The notes under the pieces were generated by a model. It saw nothing but the letters and a program-made list of their open reading frames with translations. It searched no databases and was not told where the DNA came from. Shown here piece by piece: positions 25,689 through 32,000 of a DNA stretch of 32,000 bases (its first letter is position 1; each line of letters starts with the position of its first letter). Position numbers and translations under genes: made by a program. Origin of the DNA: Thermococcus sp. SY098 (GTDB lineage Archaea > Methanobacteriota_B > Thermococci > Thermococcales > Thermococcaceae); assembly GCF_035621495.1 (NCBI RefSeq), contig NZ_CP141821.1, positions 368,760 through 400,759 of the forward strand, read 5' to 3'.

Positions 25689-26333
25689 TCAACTTCCTCC
25701 CTGTTTTGCTTTTGCTATGGCTTCAGCTAAGATTTCCTTAAACTGCTCTCTGTCCAACTCATTGTTAACCTCTATCGTCTCAAGCAGCTGATCAGGCTGA
25801 GCTTCAATATTATAGTCTGCTTTTAGGATTTCAACAAGTTTTTGGGGATCTACATCATACATCTCGGCAAGTTGCTCCAATGTCAAACTCTTTAACATAG
25901 AGCCCGTTATCTCTATTGTTGTGTTATCAACCGTTACCGATATCTCTTCAGGTGATGTAGTCTCGGATGTAGTTTCTTCCTCGGCAGTTAATGCGGCAAA
26001 CGCAAAATATCCACCAGCAAGTACTAAGCTAATTAAGATTAGACTTCCAACCACTTTAGCCCTACTTTTCTTAAATGCAGATTTGAGCATGACAACCATG
26101 CTGTTGAATCCGATTATTAAATGAACTGCCACTAAACCAATCATGACAAATCCCAGATATGTATGTACTGTTTCCCAAGTGTCCTTAGTTACACCCAAGA
26201 ACGTCCACCCAATGGCGTCTGCTATTCTGCCTGACGGTGCTTGATAAAGCGCAATTCCAGATATCGCCACAAGTACAAACACCACTGTCAAAACTAAATC
26301 AACTGTCCCCCTTAACCAAGCTGGTGCCTTCAT
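25689..26333 (-). CDS. DUF4405-type membrane protein with extracytoplasmic C-terminal domain
   Basis: LRGTVDLVLTVVFVLVAISGIALY...TWETVHTYLGFVMIGLVAVHLIIGFN fits the DUF4405 pattern (H-x13-H in one helix). Third TM, then an acidic Thr/Ser linker and a helical domain. GGTGAT-N4-ATG at 26333 (alternatives 26339 and 26348). Confidence 0.6.
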   Translation of the reverse strand: MKAPAWLRGTVDLVLTVVFVLVAISGIALYQAPSGRIADAIGWTFLGVTKDTWETVHTYLGFVMIGLVAVHLIIGFNSMVVMLKSAFKKSRAKVVGSLILISLVLAGGYFAFAALTAEEETTSETTSPEEISVTVDNTTIEITGSMLKSLTLEQLAEMYDVDPQKLVEILKADYNIEAQPDQLLETIEVNNELDREQFKEILAEAIAKAKQGGS

Positions 26334-26338
26334 TTCCA

Positions 26339-26461
26339 TCACCCACAATCCTTTTTAGTGCATTCCTCTTTTTGAGCCGTTACAGGTACAGGGATAACAT
26401 TTTCTTTCTTCTCAATGATTAATGATGGCAGCAAAATTCCGAGTTTTTTCAGCAACTCCAT
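26339..26461 (-). CDS. unannotated 40-aa peptide with C-terminal CxxxxC
   Basis: Hand translation: MELLKKLGILLPSLIIEKKENVIPVPVTAQKEECTKKDCG*. GGAGGGGGG SD before the ATG. Its stop TGA is embedded in the SD/start region of the DUF4405 gene (GGGTGATGG). Confidence 0.45.
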   Translation of the reverse strand: MELLKKLGILLPSLIIEKKENVIPVPVTAQKEECTKKDCG

Positions 26462-26474
26462 AAAGCCCCCCTCC

Positions 26475-26485
26475 AAAATAAAAAA
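26475..26485 (-). terminator. intra-operon oligo-T tract (possible attenuating terminator)
   Basis: Minus strand reads CCCTTTTTTATTTTGG, 10 nt after the stop of the PepSY-like gene. Archaeal termination commonly uses T5+ tracts. Confidence 0.3.
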
Positions 26486-26495
26486 GGGAAAGAGG

Positions 26496-26960
26496 TCACT
26501 TCATAAGGAAGAACCCCACAATATCCCCATCATAGCTTAGGAATACTTTTATTCCGTTTTGAGTCTCGTATGCTTTGTACACTTCAAGTGAGCTGAGGTC
26601 GTAGTCACCTACTATCTTTCCAATGTATTCTCCATCAAGCACCAACTTTTGCACTGTAATTCCTCTTGGAGTAGTGAACTCCTCAATGGTGACACCGCTT
26701 AGATATTCTTGTATCTGCTGCTCATCAACATTGGCTTCTCCAAGGTATTGCCCTTTGATTCCAAGCCCCATAAACTGAGGAGTTCCCTTTCCATGCTCAC
26801 CATTTTGACCATGCATGTATCTTGCTTTGACAAAGTTTTCACATGGACATTCTGTTGTGCCTGCTGTTTCTGAAGGGACACCCTGATATGCTGCAGCTGC
26901 TCCAAATACCAAACCAAATACCAAAGCCAACAACCCAATACCTAATATTTTCTTTCTCAT
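26496..26960 (-). CDS. secreted PepSY-like protein with Cys/His-rich N-terminal segment
   Basis: Signal peptide MRKKILGIGLLALVFGLVFGAAAA (paralogous to the DUF2202 leader), then TTECPCENFVKARYMHGQNGEHGKG, then a PepSY-like C-terminus homologous to 22747-23052. GGAGAGG SD before ATG 26960 (track start 26990 reads through the operator). Confidence 0.65.
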   Translation of the reverse strand: MRKKILGIGLLALVFGLVFGAAAAYQGVPSETAGTTECPCENFVKARYMHGQNGEHGKGTPQFMGLGIKGQYLGEANVDEQQIQEYLSGVTIEEFTTPRGITVQKLVLDGEYIGKIVGDYDLSSLEVYKAYETQNGIKVFLSYDGDIVGFFLMK

Positions 26961-26975
26961 GTTGAACCGCCTCTC

Positions 26976-27001
26976 CATATGTAACTTCATTATTACATAT
27001 G
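26976..27001. promoter_or_regulatory. operator-like perfect inverted repeat, copy B
   Basis: CATATGTAA (26976-26984), 8 nt, TTACATATG (26993-27001). Identical in sequence, spacer and position relative to the TATA as copy A. Confidence 0.6.
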
Positions 27002-27010
27002 TAGCTAAAC

Positions 27011-27025
27011 TTTATAAAGTTTTCG
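27011..27025 (-). promoter_or_regulatory. BRE/TATA promoter of operon B
   Basis: Minus strand reads CGAAAAC-TTTATAAA, 51 nt upstream of ATG 26960, the same geometry as copy A. Confidence 0.6.
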
Positions 27026-27250
27026 GTTCAAAAAAAGAGCACTGGATGTTCGAAATTAGCCATCAATGATCGCAAACAATTCATGTTGCACCGTTTATTA
27101 CGGAGAAGCTTCGAAAAATTTTGCTAAACAGAAAAATTTATTTGAATAGAGATCGTTAAATATTTATATTTTCTCAAGATGGAGCAGTTAAAGGTTTTTG
27201 TGAACTCAAAACTTTTATAGAATTTCACCATTATGAAATACGGTGGTTCT

Positions 27251-29113
27251 ATGAAAGGTTGGTGGGGAAGAATTTTAAGAGTTGATTTAACAAACAACAA
27301 AGTCAAAGTGCAGGAATATTCTCCAGAAATTGCTCAACTTTTCATCGGTGGAAGGGGATTGGCAGCAAAGATTCTCTGGGATGAAGTCAAGGGAGTTGAT
27401 CCTCTTAGCCCGGAAAACAAGCTTGTCATAGCAGCTGGACCATTTAACGGCCTCCCAACACCAAGCGGAGGAAAATTGGTGGTTGCCGCTAAGAGCCCAC
27501 TTACTGGGGGATATGGGGACGGAAACATAGGAACAATGGCAACTGTGCATCTTAGAAAAGCTGGTTATGATGCCATTGTTATTGAAGGAAAAGCCAAAAA
27601 GCCCGTGTATCTTTACGTTGAAGATGATAATGTAAGCATTCTCAGTGCTGAGGGACTCTGGGGTCTTGATACCTTTAAGACCGAGGAAGAGCTGAAGAAG
27701 ATACACGGCAAGAATGTGGGCATATTGAGCATTGGACCAGGTGGCGAGAATTTAGTGAAATATGCAGTTATAATGTCACAAGAAGGAAGAGCCGGAGGAA
27801 GACCTGGTATTGGTGCAGTAATGGGAAGCAAGAAGCTTAAGGCTATTGTAATTAAAGGAACAAAGGAAATTCCCGTAGCAGATAAAGAAGAGTTAAGAAA
27901 ACTAAGCAAAGAGGCTTACGATGAGATACTGAGTAAGCCGACCTATGAGTTCTGGCACCGTCAGGGAACGATGGCAGCTGTAGAATGGACAAATGAAAAC
28001 TCAGCACTTCCAACATACAACTTCCAAGACGGTTCATTCAAGTTTGCAAGATCAATTGACGGTTACACCTTAGAGGGTATGAAGGTCAAGCAGCGTGGCT
28101 GTCCCTACTGTAACATGCCCTGTGGAAACGTTGTTCTTGACGCCGAAGGATTGGAGAGCGAGCTCGATTATGAAAACGTTGCTTTGCTTGGCTCAAACCT
28201 TGGAATTGGACAGCTCAATAAGGTTGCAGTTTTGAACAGACTCGCCGACATGTACGGTCTTGACACGATATCTTTGGGCGGCTCAATAGCGTTTGTCATG
28301 GAAGCTGTTGAGAAAGGACTTCTCAAAGAAGGCCCAACGTTCGGAGACTACAAGGGAGCAAAAGAACTCGTCAAAGAGATCGCATTCAGGAGTAGCGAGC
28401 TTGGAAACTTCGCCGCTGAAGGTGTAATGAGAATGGCTCAAAAAGTGGAAGGAGGCGAAAACTTTGCAATGCACGTTAAAGGATTAGAGGTCAGTGGTTA
28501 CAACAGTTATATCTATCCCGCAATGGCACTTGCATTTGCAACATCATCAATCGGTGCCCACCACAAGGAAGCATGGGTTATTGCTTGGGAAATCGGTACA
28601 GCACCAATTGAAGGAGAGCAGGCAAAGAAGGTTGAGTACAAGATCACATATAGCCCAGAAAAGGCTGCAAAGGTTATTGAGCTGCAGAGATACAGAGGTG
28701 GACTGTTCGAGATGCTCTCTGCATGTAGGCTGCCATGGATTGAGGTTGGACTAAGCATTGACTATTATCCAAAGCTCCTGAAGGCAATAACCGGAGTCAC
28801 ATACACATGGGGCGACCTCTTTGCAGCAGCTGACAGGCTCTATGCATTGATTAGAGCTTACTGGGTTAGAGAGTTCAACGGAAACTGGAGCAGGAGGATG
28901 GACTATCCACCAAAGAGATGGTTCATTGAGGGACTCAAGAGCGGGCCATACAAAGGCAAGCACCTTGAGGAGGACAAGTACGACAAGCTGCTCAGTGAAT
29001 ACTACAAGATGCGCGGCTGGGACGAGAGAGGAATCCCAACTAAGGAAACACTCCAGAAGCTCAAGCTTGACTTCGTCATTCCAGAGCTTGAGAAGGTTAC
29101 GGAGCTTCATTAA
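27251..29113 (+). CDS. for: tungsten-containing formaldehyde:ferredoxin oxidoreductase (AOR family)
   Basis: [62 protein letters not shown].. is very close to my memory of P. furiosus FOR over the full length. GGTGGT SD before ATG 27251 gives 620 aa. CTTTTATAGAA TATA about 35 nt upstream. Confidence 0.9.
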   Translation: MKGWWGRILRVDLTNNKVKVQEYSPEIAQLFIGGRGLAAKILWDEVKGVDPLSPENKLVIAAGPFNGLPTPSGGKLVVAAKSPLTGGYGDGNIGTMATVHLRKAGYDAIVIEGKAKKPVYLYVEDDNVSILSAEGLWGLDTFKTEEELKKIHGKNVGILSIGPGGENLVKYAVIMSQEGRAGGRPGIGAVMGSKKLKAIVIKGTKEIPVADKEELRKLSKEAYDEILSKPTYEFWHRQGTMAAVEWTNENSALPTYNFQDGSFKFARSIDGYTLEGMKVKQRGCPYCNMPCGNVVLDAEGLESELDYENVALLGSNLGIGQLNKVAVLNRLADMYGLDTISLGGSIAFVMEAVEKGLLKEGPTFGDYKGAKELVKEIAFRSSELGNFAAEGVMRMAQKVEGGENFAMHVKGLEVSGYNSYIYPAMALAFATSSIGAHHKEAWVIAWEIGTAPIEGEQAKKVEYKITYSPEKAAKVIELQRYRGGLFEMLSACRLPWIEVGLSIDYYPKLLKAITGVTYTWGDLFAAADRLYALIRAYWVREFNGNWSRRMDYPPKRWFIEGLKSGPYKGKHLEEDKYDKLLSEYYKMRGWDERGIPTKETLQKLKLDFVIPELEKVTELH

Positions 29114-29130
29114 TCTTCTCTTTTGAAAAC

Positions 29131-29140
29131 TTTTTTATTT
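29131..29140 (+). terminator. oligo-T tract after FOR (terminator, or TATA for the next gene)
   Basis: TTTTTTATTT begins 18 nt after the FOR stop. It also lies about 33 nt upstream of the MoaD-like ATG, so its role is ambiguous. Confidence 0.3.
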
Positions 29141-29172
29141 GCCTGTTGAAGACGTTCTTAGAGGTGATGCTC

Positions 29173-29403
29173 ATGATAAGAATTAAACTCATGGGTGCTT
29201 TGGCTCACTTAGCTGGATCAAGCGAGATTTATATTGAAGTTGATAAACCGAAAACAGTGGATGAGGTATTAAAGGAGATCGTCAAGGGTTACGACAAACT
29301 ACATGACAAGATAATTATGGTCAACGGAAAAGTGGCGAGAGGAGACGTTATTGTGAAAGATGGGGATGAAATAAAGGTAATGCCGGTCTTAAGTGGTGGC
29401 TAA
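29173..29403 (+). CDS. MoaD/ThiS-type ubiquitin-like beta-grasp protein with C-terminal Gly-Gly
   Basis: MIRIKLMGALAHLAGSSEIYIEV...VNGKVARGDVIVKDGDEIKVMPVLSGG*. MoaD pattern ending in GG. GAGGTGAT-N4-ATG at 29173 (the track TTG start at 29146 is unlikely). Confidence 0.75.
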   Translation: MIRIKLMGALAHLAGSSEIYIEVDKPKTVDEVLKEIVKGYDKLHDKIIMVNGKVARGDVIVKDGDEIKVMPVLSGG

Positions 29404-29404
29404 A

Positions 29405-29575
29405 ATGGATGAGAAGCTAAAAGCCTGCAAAAACTGTCGGTGGTTTGGCCCAATTGACTCTTACTTTCTGACACAGGGGATATGCAGAAGGCAGATGAAA
29501 ACAACCCACATGAACGCTATCTGTGATGACTGGGAGCCGTTATGGGGCAATAAAAATGAAGATAGCAAGGGTTAA
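29405..29575 (+). CDS. 56-aa four-cysteine mini-protein
   Basis: MDEKLKACKNCRWFGPIDSYFLTQGICRRQMKTTHMNAICDDWEPLW... has a CxxC plus two distal Cys. GGTGG SD. Starts 1 nt after the MoaD-like stop. Confidence 0.5.
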   Translation: MDEKLKACKNCRWFGPIDSYFLTQGICRRQMKTTHMNAICDDWEPLWGNKNEDSKG

Positions 29576-30374
29576 AGGATTGGACTTCAAAATTCCAAAA
29601 GAGGCATGGTTTAGCTTTTTTAATACTCCCTATCCCGGACATAAGGTTGGAACTGCAATTGATGTCTATTTTCCAAACAAAGTCCTTTTCCCATTTGAAG
29701 AAGGAAAGGCTCTGGAGATTAAGAAAGTTAGAACTCCACGATATGTTCCAATTAGGGAAGATTACCTCACGATTTTCCAAGTTGAGGGGTTCTGCTTAAA
29801 AGCTCTTCATGTTAAACCCAGCATTAAAGTTGGAGATAAGGTCTATTTAGGAGATGAGATCGGTGAATTGGTTGTTTCAGGCTTTTTTAGGCCGTGGAGC
29901 GACAGACATGCCCACTTTGAACTGAGGGATTGCAAAGATAGATACAGGGCAAGAGGAGGCTTTTTAATGCATCCAAAAATTCTAAAACTCGTGCCCACAA
30001 TTAAAGGGAACAGGTTTGAGGTTGTTGAGAAGACTGAACACTACTACTGGCTGAAGCCTCTAAAGAAAGGAAGGAAAAATCTAACGCCCTTATCTTTCGA
30101 CGATATCCCAATTGAAGGTGGCTTGCCTCACTATCACTACGGAGCAATTTTTGGCAAACGAAGAAAAGTTGAGATTCTCGAAGCAAAGTTTTCGGTGGAT
30201 CAAGAGCTTCCAAACGGAGTTGGGATTTTTAATGCTGATTTCCAGATATTTGCAAATCAACAAAAAGTGAAGGGTATAGGGATTTACTGCAACCAAGAGA
30301 AGATAAAGCTGATTGGGGGAAAGTTTGAGATTGGTGATGTTGTGGAGATTAGGTTCTTAAAAAATGTTACATAA
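29556..30374 (+). CDS. cytoplasmic M23/LytM-like (HxH) domain protein
   Basis: GHKVGTAIDV...LHVKPSIKVGDKVYLGDEIGELVVSG....DRHAHFELR mirrors the M23 pattern H..D ... V.vGd.V..Gd.IG..G ... HxHfE. No signal peptide. Start is ATG 29556 (alternatives GTG 29523 / ATG 29526). Confidence 0.4.
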   Translation: MKIARVKGLDFKIPKEAWFSFFNTPYPGHKVGTAIDVYFPNKVLFPFEEGKALEIKKVRTPRYVPIREDYLTIFQVEGFCLKALHVKPSIKVGDKVYLGDEIGELVVSGFFRPWSDRHAHFELRDCKDRYRARGGFLMHPKILKLVPTIKGNRFEVVEKTEHYYWLKPLKKGRKNLTPLSFDDIPIEGGLPHYHYGAIFGKRRKVEILEAKFSVDQELPNGVGIFNADFQIFANQQKVKGIGIYCNQEKIKLIGGKFEIGDVVEIRFLKNVT

Positions 30375-30381
30375 AGCACTT

Positions 30382-31227
30382 TCACTTCTTATACACCCTC
30401 ACATCCAAAACAACATGCCAGACTCCAGGGGCATAGCGCTTGATTATCCTGCTTTCCAAAAGCTCAGCCTCATAGCCGTACTCTTTTGCCGTTCTTTGGA
30501 AAGTTTCAAATGGTTCCTTGGGCATCAATTTTTCAGGAACAGTATTGTGATAGTGAATTACTGCCTCATCTTTCGCAATCTCCAGAGCCTTTGGAATAAA
30601 TTCGTGAGTTTTAATTACATAACCCATAAGAATTCTGTCCGCAATGTTCTCTCCAGGAAAATCCCTATTATCGATGTTATACGCAGTCATTCTATCCTGA
30701 ACTTTATTGAGCTCAATGTTCTCTACTAAGAATTTGAATGTGTATGGATTTTTCTCAATTGCAATGACTTTGGCCTTGCAGTGCTTTGCTATTGGGAGCG
30801 AGAGATGCCCAATTCCAGCAAACATATCCACAACGAGCTCATTGGGTTTTGCTATGCTTGCCATTCTAACTCTTTCCTTAACATTTGCTGGAGAGAACAT
30901 CACTCTTGCCACATCAAGCTTGTAGAGAATACCGTTCTCCTTGTGAACCGTTACCGTGTCTTCGCCGTAAATAACCTCATAATGGGGCTCTCTAAATTCT
31001 CCCAAAATCCAACCCTTCCTTAGGACAGTCTTTACTTCCAAAACTTCAGCATAAACTTTGGCTATTTCATATTTATATGGCAAGAGCTCTTCTCTAAGCG
31101 GTAAAATCAAAACATCTCCAATTTGAACCCAATGCTTAGGGAGAAGATCAACTAACCCTTCAGGAAGCCTTTTGCTCAGTATCTCCCTTATTCGAGGTTT
31201 TATGAGCTGGGTCTTTCTCTTCTTCAT
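30382..31227 (-). CDS. taw2: tRNA wyosine-derivative biosynthesis enzyme Taw2 (Trm5-family SAM-dependent aminocarboxypropyltransferase)
   Basis: IKPRIREILSKRLPEGLVDLLPKHWVQIGDVLILPL...VVDMFAGIGHLSLPIA...RYAPGVWHVVLDVRV is very similar to my memory of P. horikoshii PH0793 (Taw2), and the ~280-aa size fits Taw2 rather than Trm5. Confidence 0.75.
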   Translation of the reverse strand: MKKRKTQLIKPRIREILSKRLPEGLVDLLPKHWVQIGDVLILPLREELLPYKYEIAKVYAEVLEVKTVLRKGWILGEFREPHYEVIYGEDTVTVHKENGILYKLDVARVMFSPANVKERVRMASIAKPNELVVDMFAGIGHLSLPIAKHCKAKVIAIEKNPYTFKFLVENIELNKVQDRMTAYNIDNRDFPGENIADRILMGYVIKTHEFIPKALEIAKDEAVIHYHNTVPEKLMPKEPFETFQRTAKEYGYEAELLESRIIKRYAPGVWHVVLDVRVYKK

Positions 31228-31377
31228 CAGATGTAAGCTCCTTATGGGTGTTTAAAACTCTTTGGTATCATAAATCATTCGTAGTAACTTGTCGTTTCGG
31301 CAAAAAGCGATTAAAAAAGCTTAAAAAGAGGGAAGCCTATAAAGGTATTGAGAACAAAGCGGGGGTAGAGTTAAACA

Positions 31378-31731
31378 ATGGATGATGAAGGCTCGAGTAG
31401 TTTTTGGCTCGTGAATATATTTAAATCAAAGAAGAAAAAGAATGGAGTTCTTGAACAAAAAATCACAGAGGATGCCTATGAGGATTTGAAGGCTCTTTTA
31501 ATGAGGGCAAAGCCCGAAGTTGAGGAAGATAGGATTGTTCTGAAACTGCCCAGGGGCGATGTTATTCTAACAAAAGACAGCCTCAGAATTATTGCAGAGA
31601 GTAGAGAAGATGCAGAAAAAATTTTAAGAAATCTGCACCACTACTCAATGCCCCCAGGACTCTGGCCTGCTTATGGATTAAGCTATTCCATAAAGAGAGA
31701 TTCTGCAGTTTTAAGGAAGAGTAAAGCGTGA
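31378..31731 (+). CDS. hypothetical protein (117 aa)
   Basis: ORF with CCTATAAAGG TATA-like box and GGGGGTAGAG SD upstream. No motif recognised. Confidence 0.5.
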   Translation: MDDEGSSSFWLVNIFKSKKKKNGVLEQKITEDAYEDLKALLMRAKPEVEEDRIVLKLPRGDVILTKDSLRIIAESREDAEKILRNLHHYSMPPGLWPAYGLSYSIKRDSAVLRKSKA

Positions 31732-31808
31732 TTTTCTTATTTTTGTTTGTTCTCCTACTCTTTCAACACACCCCAAAGGTTTTAAGCTTAGTTTTAGATA
31801 CTCTATTC

Positions 31809-31866
31809 AGCGGATGATGGGCCTTGCCCAGTCTGAGCGGTGATGACGTCGGTATTAGCTGACGCT
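31809..31866 (+). ncRNA. C/D-box sRNA (2'-O-methylation guide)
   Basis: AGCG-G-[ATGATGG C box 31814-31820]-12 nt GCCTTGCCCAGT-[CTGA D' 31833-31836]-GCG-[GTGATGA C' 31840-31846]-12 nt CGTCGGTATTAG-[CTGA D 31859-31862]-CGCT. The terminal stem AGCG/CGCT, two 12-nt guides and a 3-nt D'-C' linker are the canonical archaeal layout. TTTAAGCT about 21-28 nt upstream could be the TATA. Confidence 0.85.
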
Positions 31867-31894
31867 ACTTTAACTTCCATCAGGAGGTACAACA

Positions 31895-32000
31895 ATGAGC
31901 GATGAACTTCTTGAGTTTTATGCAAGCGAAGCCTTAACCTGCCCCCGGCGCATATACTTTAGACTTAAAGGATACCCAGAGAAATGGCCTGAGTTCGTTA
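31895..32000 (+). CDS. Cas4/RecB-like PD-(D/E)XK nuclease family protein (N-terminal 35 aa only; runs off window)
   Basis: Hand translation: MSDELLEFYASEALTCPRRIYFRLKGYPEKWPEFV... The TCPRR motif matches the first cluster Cys region of Cas4/DUF83 proteins. GGAGGT SD 7 nt upstream. Confidence 0.45.
   Translation, partial: MSDELLEFYASEALTCPRRIYFRLKGYPEKWPEFV

Larger units (their letters stand above)
26929..27033. repeat. ~105-nt promoter/operator/5'UTR/signal-peptide cassette, copy B
   Basis: See copy A (23791-23895): 89/105 identity by hand alignment. Confidence 0.85.

Noticed and set aside
27287-29126. Minus- and plus-strand alternative-frame ORFs (up to 139 aa) inside FOR
   Set aside because: FOR homology covers the entire span in one frame. 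The alternatives are compositionally odd and lack an SD.
30364-31023. Plus-strand ORFs (72-121 aa) opposite Taw2
   Set aside because: They are antisense to a gene with full-length remembered homology and have no SD.
1-32000. Search for tRNA, rRNA, CRISPR repeats, IS elements/transposases, integrases and inteins
   Set aside because: I recognised no GC-rich cloverleaf-like segments, no regularly spaced direct repeats, no terminal inverted repeats flanking a transposase-like ORF, and no intein blocks in reverse gyrase.

Overview
This 32-kb window reads as a chromosomal segment of a hyperthermophilic euryarchaeon of the order Thermococcales (Thermococcus/Pyrococcus/Palaeococcus type, AT-rich by eye). 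Diagnostic content: reverse gyrase with TrmBL2 next to it, a fused Hps-Phi ribulose-monophosphate enzyme, tungsten formaldehyde:ferredoxin oxidoreductase (FOR), ADP-forming acetyl-CoA synthetase beta subunit, pyruvate kinase, Taw2, BRE/TATA promoters, and GGAGG/GGTGAT-type Shine-Dalgarno sites a few nt upstream of starts. Coding density is very high and many genes touch or overlap (ATGA, TGATG junctions). I call 43 protein genes. Five were found by hand translation because they are under the 60-aa track cut-off or run off the window. I also call one textbook C/D-box sRNA. I saw no tRNA, rRNA, CRISPR array or transposase. Many ORF-track starts look over-extended, so I re-set them to the first ATG with a good SD and give the alternatives in the evidence. 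Best candidate for something new: a 5-kb all-minus-strand block (21987-27033). It holds two paralogous operons that open with the same ~105-nt promoter/operator/5'UTR/signal-peptide cassette, including a perfect 9-bp inverted repeat over the predicted transcription start. These operons encode a secreted DUF2202 ferritin-like protein, two PepSY-like paralogs, a DUF4405 membrane protein with an H-x13-H helix, an ArsR-type regulator, a sequon-rich secreted protein and five mini-proteins. Other points worth a second look: a degenerate FtsZ-like protein that keeps the T7 loop but lacks the GGGTGTG GTP-binding signature; a flippase-like / PIG-A-like GT4 / NodB deacetylase cassette; FOR followed by a MoaD-like Gly-Gly protein, a 4-Cys mini-protein and an M23/LytM-like protein; and a SWIM plus COG1373-type ATPase pair. 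All family names come from motif recognition and memory, with no database search, so treat them as hypotheses with the stated confidence.
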